A stretch of DNA of 55,402 nt. It comes from Candidatus Fervidifonticultor quintus (GTDB lineage: Bacteria; Sysuimicrobiota; Sysuimicrobiia; Sysuimicrobiales; Humicultoraceae). Location of the stretch: NCBI GenBank assembly GCA_031459535.1, contig JAVKIJ010000009.1, positions 1 to 55,402 on the forward strand, read 5' to 3'. How positions within the stretch are numbered: the first letter of the stretch is position 1; each line of letters starts with the position of its first letter. The notes below the pieces were generated by a model that saw only the letters and a program-made list of their open reading frames with translations, was not told where the DNA came from and searched no databases. Shown in pieces: positions 1-9,314 of the stretch. A program made the position numbers and the translations under genes.

Positions 1-357
1 GAGGCCAACGTGACGGCCCTCACAGGCCGTGAGATCGAGGCCTTCATCACGCCAGACAAGACCAAGCACACACAGCCGACGCCGCCCGCGCCGCGCGGGC
101 GCATTCCTACGCAGCTGTCGCTCCAGGAGCGGATGCGCCGGAAGCTGCGGACCAAGGCGGGCCGGGCTATCTACAACCTGCGCAAGGCCATCGTCGAGCC
201 GGTGATTGGGCAGATCAAGAGCGCGCGCGGCTTCCGGCGCTTCTTGCTGCGGGGCCGAGCCAAGGTCAAGGGTGAATGGCTGTTGGTCACGACGGCGCAC
301 AACCTGTGCAAGTTGTTCGGGGCCCGACCGCGAGTCTACGCGGCACTGAGATGGTGA
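1..357 (+). mobile_element. IS1182-family-like transposase, C-terminal part (runs off the window start)
   Basis: Frame is open from base 1. MRRKLRTKAGRAIYNLRKAIVEPVIGQIKSARGFRRFLLRGRAKVKGEWLLVTTAHNL matches the YxxRxxxVEPV..IK..RGFRRF.LRG..KV..EW.....HNL C-terminus of IS1182-type DDE transposases. Confidence 0.85.
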
Positions 358-453
358 GGGTGAGCACGGGATGATCCCGGCCCAAGAGCTTTCCTGGCCT
401 GGTACTCGCTTCACAAGCAGGTCAGGTCTCATAGCATCTCATCTCGACGCCAT

Positions 454-472
454 TTCCGGGACGGGCTCCTAG
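454..472 (+). repeat. Probable right terminal inverted repeat of the IS plus CTAG target site
   Basis: TTCCGGGACGGGCTC-CTAG about 100 bp after the transposase stop resembles IS1182-type ends. The partner IR is outside the window. Confidence 0.5.
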
Positions 473-1326
473 CCGGTCGGGCGCCTGTATCCATCGCCGT
501 CCTCAATGTGGACATCTGGCCCGAGCACGACGACCCGCGGGTGCTGGTCATCTACCGCGGCCAACTCAGCGCTGGCGCGCCTCTGCCCTACACGCTGGCG
601 TTCGCCATCCCGGCGTCGGGTCAGGTCAACGCCGCCGCCTATCGGTCGGGCGACGGCCAGCTGTTCTCCGTGGATTATCAGTACCGGCAGGACGGCGACC
701 GCCTCCAGGTCGTGATGACGACTCCCGACCCGGGGTTCCAGTTCGAGTACTACGCCGATCTCATCCAGGGGCGACCGCAGAGGACGTTTGTGGTAGATCT
801 GACATTTCCGCTGGCCGTGGACGTGCTCAACGTGGCGGTGGAACAGCCGCTGCGAGCCTCGGGGTTCGCGCTGGAGCCTCCAGCGGCCAGCAGCAGCATG
901 ACCGCAGCAGGCCTCACGCACCACGTCTACACAGTGGGGCCATGGCCGGCCGGGCGGGCCTGGCGCCTCCGGGCCCGTTACCAGAAGGCCGACGAGACCC
1001 CGTCCCTGCCGCGCGTGGTCCGCACGCCCGCCGCCCCTTTGGGAGGACCGCAATCGCGTCGGGGCCTGCCACTGTGGGCCTGGGCTGCAGTCGTTGCCGC
1101 CACCCTGGGCACGGCGGGTCTCGTCGGCTTCGTTGCCCGCCGACGTGGTGGGCGCCTGCGTACACCCGGCAAGGATGCGGGCAGGCCGCGTGATTTGCAG
1201 CCCGTCTACTGTGTTGGCTGTGGGCATCGCGCCCGCCCCAGCGATCGGTATTGCAGCCGGTGCGGGCGCCGCATCGAGGGAAGCGGCAAGGGGAAATCAA
1301 GGAAGCGGCGCGTCGAGGACAAATAG
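472..1326 (+). CDS. Membrane-anchored protein with C-terminal zinc ribbon, 5' end apparently cut by the IS
   Basis: ORF 508-1326 extends upstream to the CTAG (AGRAPVSIAVLNVDIWPEHDDP). One TM helix (LWAWAAVVAATLGTAGLVGFVA) followed by CVGC..CSRC. No signal peptide remains. Confidence 0.7.
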   Translation, partial: AGRAPVSIAVLNVDIWPEHDDPRVLVIYRGQLSAGAPLPYTLAFAIPASGQVNAAAYRSGDGQLFSVDYQYRQDGDRLQVVMTTPDPGFQFEYYADLIQGRPQRTFVVDLTFPLAVDVLNVAVEQPLRASGFALEPPAASSSMTAAGLTHHVYTVGPWPAGRAWRLRARYQKADETPSLPRVVRTPAAPLGGPQSRRGLPLWAWAAVVAATLGTAGLVGFVARRRGGRLRTPGKDAGRPRDLQPVYCVGCGHRARPSDRYCSRCGRRIEGSGKGKSRKRRVEDK

Positions 1327-1356
1327 CTTCCGTCAGTCTCGCCGCTGGGGGTGCGG

Positions 1357-2226
1357 ATGAGGACGCGGCCGACGGGATCGGTTAGCCGTCTGGCGCTCGT
1401 GGGTGTGCTGCCCGGGGACAGCGCGGACGTGCGCCTGCAGCAGGCAGTGCTCACGCTAACGGCCGTACTCATTTCCCTCCCGATACTTCGCGCGGGAGCG
1501 GCAGCAGGCGCTGGGTGCCCTCCACCGGGAGCACCGGCTGCTGCAGGACGAGCAGGCGCGGTCTGAAAGTCTGCTGCTCAATGTGCTGCCTAAACCCATC
1601 GCTGAACGGCTCAAGCGCAACCCAAGCGCGATCGCAGACGGGTTCCCCGAGGTCACCATGCTCTTTGCCGATGTGGTGGACTTCACACGTATGTCGGCAT
1701 CTATGCCACCGGAGCGGCTCGTGGCGTGGCTGAACGACGTGTTCTCGCAATTGGACACGGTGGCCGACCGATTCGGCCTGGAGAAGATCAAGACCGTCGG
1801 CGACTCGTTCATGGCGGCGTCCGGCCTGCCGACACCTCGTCCCGACCGTGCCGAGGCCGCCGCGGAGATGGCGTTGAGGTCCGGCGGCTGCTGGCCGGCC
1901 GCACGACGCCCGAAGGCGGGCCGCTCGCCGTGCGCATCGGAATTCACACCGACCCGGTGGTGGCCGGGGTGATCGGCGCGCGGGAGTTCATCTACGACCT
2001 GTGGGGCGACACGGTCAACACGGCCAGCCGCATGGAGTCCCACGGCGTGGCCGGCGAGATCCAGGTGACCCAGGCGGCCTTCCAGCGTCTGCGCGACAAG
2101 TATGACTTCGAAGATCGCGGGAACGTTGCCGTCAAGGGCGAGGGAGAGATGCACACGTACCTACTGAAGGGGCGCCGCAGAGGCCAGGGAACTGCGTCCG
2201 TGGCACAGAATCCAGTCGAGGCGTAG
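1357..2226 (+). pseudogene. Class III adenylate cyclase, frameshifted and internally deleted
   Basis: Three frames: N-terminus 1357 to about 1480; then RYFARERQQ..SESLLLNVLP..FADVVDFT..KIKTVGDSFM; then RIGIHT..YDLWGDTVNTASRMES after a missing base at about 1876 (ttgaggtc). Confidence 0.85.
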
Positions 2227-2249
2227 ACAACAAGGTGTGGAGGACTGTC

Positions 2250-3059
2250 TTGGCAACGCACCCGAACGCGGGCGCCCCCGAGATCGCCCGGAAGATCAAA
2301 GAAGCCGGTGACAACGCCGAGCGGCTGCGCCAGCAGGGCTTTCACTGCTCCGAGGCCGTGCTGCGCGGCGCGGCCGCGGCGGTAGGGGTCAGGCTGGACG
2401 AGTCGATGCTGAAGGCGTCCACCGGCCTGCGAGGCGGCGGGGGAGGCCGGGGCGACCGCTGCGGCGCCCTGGAGGCGGGGGCCCTGCTGGCCGGTCTCGT
2501 CTACGGTCGCGTGGAGCCCGAGGAGGACAACTCGTGCGCCAGCCGGCTCGTCCGATGGCTGCACGAGCGCTTTGTGCAGGAGTTCGGCAACACAGCCTGT
2601 CAGGTCCTGCGGCCGCTGTCGTACACCCAGTGGAGCGACGACTTCTCCTGCGGTCCCGTCTACCGGCGCGGCGCCGAACTGGCCGCTGAGGCCATCCTCA
2701 CCGCGTCGTCGTTGTGCCTGACCTGCCCACCCTACGACCCGGAGCGCGGCCGGGTCGAGCGGCCGCCCGTTGACGCGGCGGCGCTGCGGGAGGTCGGTGA
2801 CCGCATCCGCTTGCTGGCCGCCGACGGCCACGTGAGGGTGAGCGACCGTGCTCGCCGGGATGCCGAGGCACTCGGTATCCCGGTTGCCGATGTGGTCTTC
2901 AGCGTGGCCAATGTCAGGCGCGTCCATCCGGCCTGGGGCGGCAACTACACCGTCGAAGGGCGGAAGCCGGATCGCTACGGGCTGATCACGGTCGTGCGGT
3001 TGGGGACGGATGGCGGCAATGGTGAGCGAGAGACGGTCGAGGTCCTGGCGGTCATCTAG
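2250..3059 (+). CDS. C_GCAxxG_C_C-family putative redox protein with an extra C-terminal domain
   Basis: GFHCSEAVL, GGGGGRGDRCGALEAG, FGNTAC and SCGPVY cysteine pattern. GGAGG at 2239-2243 precedes TTG 2250. Confidence 0.75.
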   Translation: MATHPNAGAPEIARKIKEAGDNAERLRQQGFHCSEAVLRGAAAAVGVRLDESMLKASTGLRGGGGGRGDRCGALEAGALLAGLVYGRVEPEEDNSCASRLVRWLHERFVQEFGNTACQVLRPLSYTQWSDDFSCGPVYRRGAELAAEAILTASSLCLTCPPYDPERGRVERPPVDAAALREVGDRIRLLAADGHVRVSDRARRDAEALGIPVADVVFSVANVRRVHPAWGGNYTVEGRKPDRYGLITVVRLGTDGGNGERETVEVLAVI

Positions 3060-3080
3060 CAGGGCTCCCCGTGGGGACCG

Positions 3081-3089
3081 TGGTATAAT
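3081..3089 (+). promoter_or_regulatory. Extended -10 promoter (TGnTATAAT) for the tRNA
   Basis: TGGTATAAT, perfect consensus, ending 12 bp before the tRNA. Confidence 0.75.
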
Positions 3090-3101
3090 TCTCGGTAGCG
3101 A

Positions 3102-3176
3102 GCGGGTGTAGCTCAGCGGTAGAGCATCGGCTTCCCAAGCCGAGGGTCGCGGGTTCAAATCCCGTCGCCCGCTCCA
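3102..3176 (+). tRNA. tRNA-Gly (anticodon CCC)
   Basis: GCGGGTG/CGCCCGC acceptor stem, D arm GCTCAGCGGTAGAGC, anticodon arm TCGGC-TTCCCAA-GCCGA, T loop GGTTCAAATCC, encoded CCA. Confidence 0.97.
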
Positions 3177-3247
3177 ATCCAGTCAGGACGCGGGTTTCAG
3201 ACGTTTCCCCATCGCAAGAACCGGGCGAAAAAGCCAACGTTCACCCC

Positions 3248-3390
3248 CTGCGCGAGGTTGTCGAAGCGTTCCTCCTGACCAAGCGGATGGTCGGGTGCAC
3301 TCAGGCGACGATCCGCGCCTATCGTTGGTGGCTGGACCGGTTCGCCGCATCCGTTCCTGCGGCCACGGCCTTGACCGTGCGGACCTTGCG
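3248..3390 (+). pseudogene. Tyrosine recombinase/integrase N-terminal (SAM-like) remnant
   Basis: LREVVEAFLLTKRMVGCTQATIRAYRWWLDRF resembles the FL....G.S..T...Y...L..F integrase N-domain. It lies just after the tRNA and has no catalytic domain. Confidence 0.6.
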
Positions 3391-4152
3391 CCAGGGCCGC
3401 TCTCTGGCGAGCGGCTGGCCATGCTTTACCTGGCGTGGCAGCGCCAGGACCATGTGGAACGACGCGACGTCGTGCCCTTCGATCTCCTGCACCTGGCGGA
3501 CGCCATGACGCGCCCCCAGCTCGGTGAGATCGCCGGTCAGCCGAAGGGATTCCGGCTCTACCATGCTCGCCCGCTGCTCCTGGGACACCGCGCGTACTTT
3601 CGGAAGAACCCGCAGGGGCAACTGGCCCTGGTGAAGTCTGTTGATCTGTTGTACAACCGGTCCGAGGTTCTCTCAGGTGACCCTCTGGTCGCCGTCAGGC
3701 AGGGCGTGTTGGACGCGCACCTGGAACGGTTGCTCTTCGAGGGGCTCGAGGTCGCCAACACCACGGTGGTGTTCGAACGGACGCGCGCGGCGGTTGCGGT
3801 CCTGTCGCCGGGCGACACCGCCGGTCTGGAGCGCCTCGGGCTGCGCTCCGAGGTGAAGGCGCAGATCGGAGAAGACCTCGCAGCCGGATATGCGGTCGTC
3901 ATTCCCACCGAAGCCGTCCGCATCGCGGGGACGTCGCATCGGGGGCCGTGCAACGCGTGCTTCATCATGCTGATGGGGGGCCTTGGGGTAGTACTCGGCT
4001 TTGCAGGTATCGTGTGCGTACTGGCGGGTAGAGCGAACTTGAGCCTCTGGATCCTGCTGCGATTCGCGGGCGGATACGGTGCCGGTGTGAAGCTCAGTGA
4101 CTGCCTCAGGTGGTGGCTGCGCGACTACATGGGGGAGTACACGCCACGATGA
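3295..4152 (+). CDS. Hypothetical protein, probably a fragment of a larger gene
   Basis: Protein-like central part (RQGVLDAHLERLL..EDLAAGYAVVIP) with a hydrophobic tail. The start overlaps the integrase remnant and has no clear RBS. Confidence 0.35.
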   Translation: MHSGDDPRLSLVAGPVRRIRSCGHGLDRADLAPGPLSGERLAMLYLAWQRQDHVERRDVVPFDLLHLADAMTRPQLGEIAGQPKGFRLYHARPLLLGHRAYFRKNPQGQLALVKSVDLLYNRSEVLSGDPLVAVRQGVLDAHLERLLFEGLEVANTTVVFERTRAAVAVLSPGDTAGLERLGLRSEVKAQIGEDLAAGYAVVIPTEAVRIAGTSHRGPCNACFIMLMGGLGVVLGFAGIVCVLAGRANLSLWILLRFAGGYGAGVKLSDCLRWWLRDYMGEYTPR

Positions 4153-4205
4153 CATTCCCCGCATCCGGGGGCTCTGGACCGAGGCCTGATATCCGCTCGG
4201 CGCCG

Positions 4206-5939
4206 TCAGGCACACCGTTCAGACAAAGGCCGGATTTCGTCCTCCCCCAGCAGGCCGTACTTTTCCGCTTCGCACGCGAGGACGAGCTGCGCCCAGAACT
4301 TGGGGTCCCGCAGAGAGACCTTGCAATTCTGACGGATGCGCTCCAGTCTCTGTCGTACCGTATTCCGGTGCAGATTTAGCATTCGCGCCGTCGCCCCGAT
4401 GTTGAACTCGTTGCTCAACAGCGCCAGCAGCGTGGCTTTCAACGCCGTTCTGTTATTGTGGTTGCCGAGCTTGTCGAGCGCGTCACGGTACAACTTCTTG
4501 AGGACAGCACCGTCCACATGGTGCAGCAACCGGGCCAGGACATGATCATCGTAGAAGTAGATGCCGTCCGTAGGGTACACCACGTCCACCAGCACGTCCG
4601 CCTCCTGGTAACTCTGCGCAACGCCTTCTGCGCCCTTCCAGATGCCGCCGACGGTGAGGACAAGGTGGATGCCAGGATCCTGGGCTCGCAGGGAGTCCCA
4701 CAGCCGATCTATGTATGACCTGATTCGGGTCAAGCCGTCGGAAGCTGGTACCAGAAAGACGATCTGGTTCAACAGGAAGGTGACGAACTGAGGGAGGTGG
4801 AGGGCTTCCAGCGAAGCCCGGAGGGCTCGTCCATAGACTTCCCGCAGTTCAAACTCCTGGCGGCCTGACAGGGCCCAGCGGGGCCCTCGCTGGGCGCTGG
4901 GAGCGATGGTCAGCACCGCCACGGCGTAGGCGCCTTCGTGATCAAACCCGAGCAACTGCGCCCGTTCGCGGAGCCCTGGCGACCGGTTGAACTCCCCGCG
5001 GATCAGGGCGTCCACGAACGTGTGACGGACCCGGTTCTCCACCAGTGCCACCGCCTGCTGGCGGAGGATGTGGAGGGCGGCCACGGTGGCGATCTCCTCG
5101 GCCGCTTGCATGTCGAGCTCCGAGATCGGCTGGGCGCCTTCCAAAATCCACACGTAGCCCAGCGTCTCGCGCGCCGTGCGGATGGGGCAGACGACGCGGC
5201 CTTCCATGCCTGCCTCGGGTATGGGCGGGAGGCGCAGTGGGCCGTTTGTCTCCTGCATCCTGGTGAGGATGCCCATGCTCTCGAGGGTACGCAGAACACG
5301 CTCGGGCGTGCGTGTCTGGCGGATGGTCTCGGTCCGCACGCTGTCTTTCATCCCACCGATGTCGGTATATGCGAGAAGCCGGAACTCGGCGTCTTCGATG
5401 GTGACGGGCTTCCCGATGAGTTCGGTGAGGGCATTGGCGATCTCTTGAAGGTTCTCGGCCTCCACTGCTGCGCGGGTGAGCGTTCGGTGGATCTGGTCCA
5501 GCTGCGTCAGTCGGGCGTGCTGCCGGTTCAAGATCTCCCGGTGGACCGCCTCCGTGATGTCGACGAACTTTACCTCGTAGGGTGCCTCCAGGACGGGGAT
5601 TCCGAGCCGGTCCGCCTCTCGCCTGACGGCGGGCGGCACCCTGTTGATGAACTTCCCCGTCTCGAAGAGGATGCCAGCGAGCGAGAGCCTGTTGAGGGCC
5701 CGGATGGTGCGGCGCTGGACCGCCGGGTCCTTGGGCCAGCCGTATCCCGTGGTCAGGAGCAGCTCGCCCCCGTGCAACCAGGGCGTGATCTCCGGGATAT
5801 CAACGATGTGCACCCATCGAATCGTGCGGTGGAGGCCGCGTCGCCCCGCGACCACCCTGGCCCGGCTGAGGGCGTCCAGCTTGAGGGCCTCGCGGACGCT
5901 CAGCCCCGTGGCATGCCCACGTGGGAGTGCACTGTGCAT
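4206..5939 (-). CDS. PucR/CdaR-family transcriptional regulator
   Basis: N-terminal LSVREAL..VVAGRRGL.RTIRWVHIVD..WLHGGELLLTTG, GAF-like middle, C-terminal HTH TARMLNLHRNTVRQRLERI. ATG 5939 chosen within ORF 4206-6074. Confidence 0.92.
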   Translation of the reverse strand: MHSALPRGHATGLSVREALKLDALSRARVVAGRRGLHRTIRWVHIVDIPEITPWLHGGELLLTTGYGWPKDPAVQRRTIRALNRLSLAGILFETGKFINRVPPAVRREADRLGIPVLEAPYEVKFVDITEAVHREILNRQHARLTQLDQIHRTLTRAAVEAENLQEIANALTELIGKPVTIEDAEFRLLAYTDIGGMKDSVRTETIRQTRTPERVLRTLESMGILTRMQETNGPLRLPPIPEAGMEGRVVCPIRTARETLGYVWILEGAQPISELDMQAAEEIATVAALHILRQQAVALVENRVRHTFVDALIRGEFNRSPGLRERAQLLGFDHEGAYAVAVLTIAPSAQRGPRWALSGRQEFELREVYGRALRASLEALHLPQFVTFLLNQIVFLVPASDGLTRIRSYIDRLWDSLRAQDPGIHLVLTVGGIWKGAEGVAQSYQEADVLVDVVYPTDGIYFYDDHVLARLLHHVDGAVLKKLYRDALDKLGNHNNRTALKATLLALLSNEFNIGATARMLNLHRNTVRQRLERIRQNCKVSLRDPKFWAQLVLACEAEKYGLLGEDEIRPLSERCA

Positions 5940-6157
5940 AGTAGACGTCCGAACTATTGTACTAATTGGCCATTGTCGGGGTGATTCCTGCTGCCATACT
6001 GGTGCGTGGGGCCAATCTGGGTGGTACGCCGAGGCGTCAACCTGTGCAGTCCGGCTTACCGCGAACGATGTCAACGGGTCGGGCAGTCGTGAAGCCCGAC
6101 CTTGCTCGTGTCTGGCGGCTGGTGAGATTGTAGCGATCCTCTGGGGAGGTGATCGAG

Positions 6158-7414
6158 TTGACCCGCCGGATGCTGAGGTTCCTTGTCATCGGCCTGTTGA
6201 TCGTGGGGATGACGGGCCCCGTGCGGTCGTCAGGGCCCGCTACCCACGACGTCGCCGCCGATGCGGCGACCGCACCCTGTCGGGCGCCCGTCCTTTCCGT
6301 GGCGCCTTCCGGCACCACAAGCCTGCCTGTCGTGTCCCGGGCGCTGGCAGCCGCCCCTGCCACCGTGAAGGTCGGATATTCGGCTCCCTTCACCGGGGCG
6401 GCCGCCGAGTTCGGGACGAACGGATGGCGAGGCATCCAGTTGGCTCTCGAAGAGATCAACGCCAAGGGCCTGACGGTTGGCGGCAAGACCTACCGAATTA
6501 CCATCGTCAGGTATGACGATCGGTGCGAACCGACCGAAGGGGCCGCCAATGTCCGGAAGCTGGTCTTGACGGACAGAGTGGTGGCTGTCCTCGGCTCCCA
6601 CTGCAGTTCGGTCTGCGTCGCCATGGCGGACCTCCTGGACGGGTACAAGGTACCGGGGCTGACCATCGAGTGTGCAGCAGACAAGGTCACCAGCCCCGGC
6701 CACCCATTCTACTTCAGGGCCCGACCCAGCGTGGGGTTGATGGCGCCGCTGGCCACCCCACGGCTGATGAAGATCTTCAAGCCTAAGACGGCAGGTTTCC
6801 TGGCCATTAACGACGACTATGGCCGGGGCTTTGCCCAGGCGTTCGAGGACGAGCTCAAGAAGCAGGGGGTGTCGACCACCGTCAAGGCGTTCTTCGAGCG
6901 CGGAACGACGGACTTCACGGTTCACCTGACACAGGTGAAGACGGCGGCGCCCGACATCGTCTTCTACGTCGGCGTCACCCCTGAAGGTGCCATGATCCTC
7001 AAACAGGCCAAGGAGTTGGGCCTCACGCCGAAGATCAAGTTCGTCGGTTCTGAGGAAATGAGCGAGATGGAGCTCCTCAAGCTGGCCGGAGCCGAGGTCC
7101 TCGAGGGCACCTACTCCATTGCGCTGTGGGGCAAGGTGCCACCCCAGTTTGCCGAGCGGGTCCAGAAGAAGTTCGGAGCGCCCCTGCACTACGCCATCAT
7201 CTACGGATATGACGCGCTGTGGGTAGTGGCCAGGGCCATCCAGTTGGCCCAGTCCCTCGATCCCGTCAAGATCAGGGACGCGATGAAGCGCGTGGAGTTC
7301 GACGGCCTGCAGGGGCGCATCAAGTTCGAGGACTTCGGAGCGTTCAAGAACCAGGGGCGGTATGCCCCATGGCTGATCCAGTGGGTCGGGGGCGCGCGCC
7401 GGGTGGCTGAGTAG
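6158..7414 (+). CDS. Branched-chain amino acid-type ABC transporter substrate-binding protein
   Basis: VKVGYSAPFTGAAAEFG..GIQLALEEINAKG..YDDRCEP, NDDYGRG. Signal peptide present. GGAGGTGA precedes TTG 6158. Confidence 0.92.
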   Translation: MTRRMLRFLVIGLLIVGMTGPVRSSGPATHDVAADAATAPCRAPVLSVAPSGTTSLPVVSRALAAAPATVKVGYSAPFTGAAAEFGTNGWRGIQLALEEINAKGLTVGGKTYRITIVRYDDRCEPTEGAANVRKLVLTDRVVAVLGSHCSSVCVAMADLLDGYKVPGLTIECAADKVTSPGHPFYFRARPSVGLMAPLATPRLMKIFKPKTAGFLAINDDYGRGFAQAFEDELKKQGVSTTVKAFFERGTTDFTVHLTQVKTAAPDIVFYVGVTPEGAMILKQAKELGLTPKIKFVGSEEMSEMELLKLAGAEVLEGTYSIALWGKVPPQFAERVQKKFGAPLHYAIIYGYDALWVVARAIQLAQSLDPVKIRDAMKRVEFDGLQGRIKFEDFGAFKNQGRYAPWLIQWVGGARRVAE

Positions 7415-7454
7415 GCCCCGTCGCTCGAGGGCTGCAGACCGGGCGAGGCGATCG

Positions 7455-8312
7455 ATGCTGGAGACCGTCCTCTTCCAGACCATCAACGGCGTGATCATGG
7501 GCTCCATCTACGCCCTGATGGCCCTGGGTCTCAACCTCATCTGGAGCATCACCGACGTCCCGGAATTCAGCCAGGGCGGCATTTACGTCATCGCCGCGTA
7601 CGCCGGGTACTTTGCGGTCACTGGAACGAACCTCCCGTTCGTCTGTGCCTTGATTGCCGCCATGGGTGCCGGTGCCATCCTCGCCTTTGCGTTCGAAAGA
7701 TCGATCTATCGGCGGATGCGGGGGATGACGCTGAACTTGCTCCTCTGCGCCATCGCGCTGTTCTTCCTGCTGGCCAACGTGGCGGTCTGGCTGTGGACGC
7801 CCAAGGCCAAGATCCTGCCGCCCTACGTGGAGGGCGAGGTCTTGGTGCTGGGGTTGCAGATCGGGCGGCAGCGCGTCCTGGTCCTGTTGATCTCGGCCCT
7901 GCTGTTCCTGCTGGTGAACCTCTTTGTCAACCGCACCCGGCTCGGCAAGGCCATCCGGGCGGCGTCGCAAGACCGGGAGACTGCGCAACTGATGGGCATC
8001 AATATCGATACGGTGAACTCGGTGGTGTTCAGCCTCGGGGGGGCTCTGTCAGGGACGGCGGCGGCCCTGATATCCCCGCTGTTCGCCGTCTATCCTGCGA
8101 TGGGCGACCTTCCGCTGCTGAAAGCCCTGGTGGTGGTCATCTTGGGCGGGCTCGGCAGCGTGGCCGGCGTACTGGTGGCCGGGGGCATCCTGGGTGTGGT
8201 GGAGAGCCTGGGTGCGACCTTCATTTCGTCCGCGTACCAGCACGGGTTTTCGTTTTTCATCCTCATCCTCGTGCTGCTGCTCAAGCCCAGGGGCCTGTTC
8301 GGGAGGATGTAG
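7455..8312 (+). CDS. livH: LIV-type ABC permease (LivH-like)
   Basis: NGVIMGSIYALMALGLNLIW, RTRLGKAIRAASQDRETAQLMGIN, VILGGLGS. Confidence 0.9.
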   Translation: MLETVLFQTINGVIMGSIYALMALGLNLIWSITDVPEFSQGGIYVIAAYAGYFAVTGTNLPFVCALIAAMGAGAILAFAFERSIYRRMRGMTLNLLLCAIALFFLLANVAVWLWTPKAKILPPYVEGEVLVLGLQIGRQRVLVLLISALLFLLVNLFVNRTRLGKAIRAASQDRETAQLMGINIDTVNSVVFSLGGALSGTAAALISPLFAVYPAMGDLPLLKALVVVILGGLGSVAGVLVAGGILGVVESLGATFISSAYQHGFSFFILILVLLLKPRGLFGRM

Positions 8313-8318
8313 ACCGCC

Positions 8319-9314
8319 GTGGCGACGACCGTCCCTCCGCTGTCGGCCCGCAGGGTCCCTCAGAGGCCGGTTTGGGCGATCGCGCTGGCCGCTGGGGCTG
8401 GCTTGCTGGCCGTCCCGGCGGTGGCGTCGGAATACGTCGTCTACGTCATGGTGCTGGCGTTCCTGTTCGCCACGCTGACCGCCAGCTACGACCTCCTCCT
8501 GGGCTACACGGGCCAGCTCTCGTTTGCCCAGGGCGCGTTCTACGGCATCGGCGCGTACACCTCGGCCCTGCTAACGCTGCGGACCGGGATCCCGTTCTGG
8601 CTGGCGCTTCCTCTCAGCGGCGCCTTCGTCTTCTGCCTCGCCGCAGCGGTGGGTTATCCCGCCCTGAAGCTCCGGGGCGCCTATTTCGCAGTCACCACGT
8701 TCTTCTTCGCACACTTTGTCTACCTGGTCTTCCTCAACTCGGTGGACCTGACCGGAGGGCCACTGGGACTCGGTGGCATCCAGCCGCCGGAGAGCATTCC
8801 CGTTCCCTTTCTCGGCGTGATCGACTTCAGCCGGCTCGGTACCTACTACTACCTGGTGGCGGTGTTCTTCGCGCTAACGACGGCCTTCCTCTATTTCTTG
8901 ACGCGATCGGGTCCGGGCCGCATCTTCGTCGCCATCCGAGAGGACGAGACCCTGGCCGAGTCCATCGGTATCAACACGGCGGCCTACAAGGTACTCTCGT
9001 TCAGCATCAGCGCCGGGCTGGCCGGGCTAGCGGGAAGCCTCTTTGCCCACTTCTTCCGACTCCTACACCCCACCACGTTTGCCTGGATGACCTCCGAGAT
9101 GGTGGTCATCATGACCCTCGTGGGTGGCACCGGAACGCTCTTCGGCCCCATCCTCGGAGCCGGCGTCGTGACCTTCGTCCTGGAGTTGATGCGGTTCGCC
9201 CCGGAGATGCGCTTCATCGTCTGGGCGCTGGCCCTCATCGCTGTCCTGCTCTTTGAGCCTCGGGGCCTGGCGGGCATTGCGGTGCGGATCTACCGCAGGC
9301 GCGGGACGCCATGA
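8319..9314 (+). CDS. livM: LIV-type ABC permease (LivM-like)
   Basis: LLLGYTGQLSFAQGAFYGIGAY, LRGAYFAVTT, AIREDETLAESIGIN. Confidence 0.9.
   Translation: MATTVPPLSARRVPQRPVWAIALAAGAGLLAVPAVASEYVVYVMVLAFLFATLTASYDLLLGYTGQLSFAQGAFYGIGAYTSALLTLRTGIPFWLALPLSGAFVFCLAAAVGYPALKLRGAYFAVTTFFFAHFVYLVFLNSVDLTGGPLGLGGIQPPESIPVPFLGVIDFSRLGTYYYLVAVFFALTTAFLYFLTRSGPGRIFVAIREDETLAESIGINTAAYKVLSFSISAGLAGLAGSLFAHFFRLLHPTTFAWMTSEMVVIMTLVGGTGTLFGPILGAGVVTFVLELMRFAPEMRFIVWALALIAVLLFEPRGLAGIAVRIYRRRGTP

Noticed and set aside
1992-3158. 388-aa minus-strand ORF starting MNPRPSAWEADALPLSYTR
   Set aside because: The N-terminus is the translated reverse complement of the tRNA and the rest shadows real genes.
5940-6157. 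PucR binding site in the divergent promoter region
   Set aside because: An AT-rich patch (ATTGTACTAATTGGCCATTGT) is present, but I cannot define a convincing motif.
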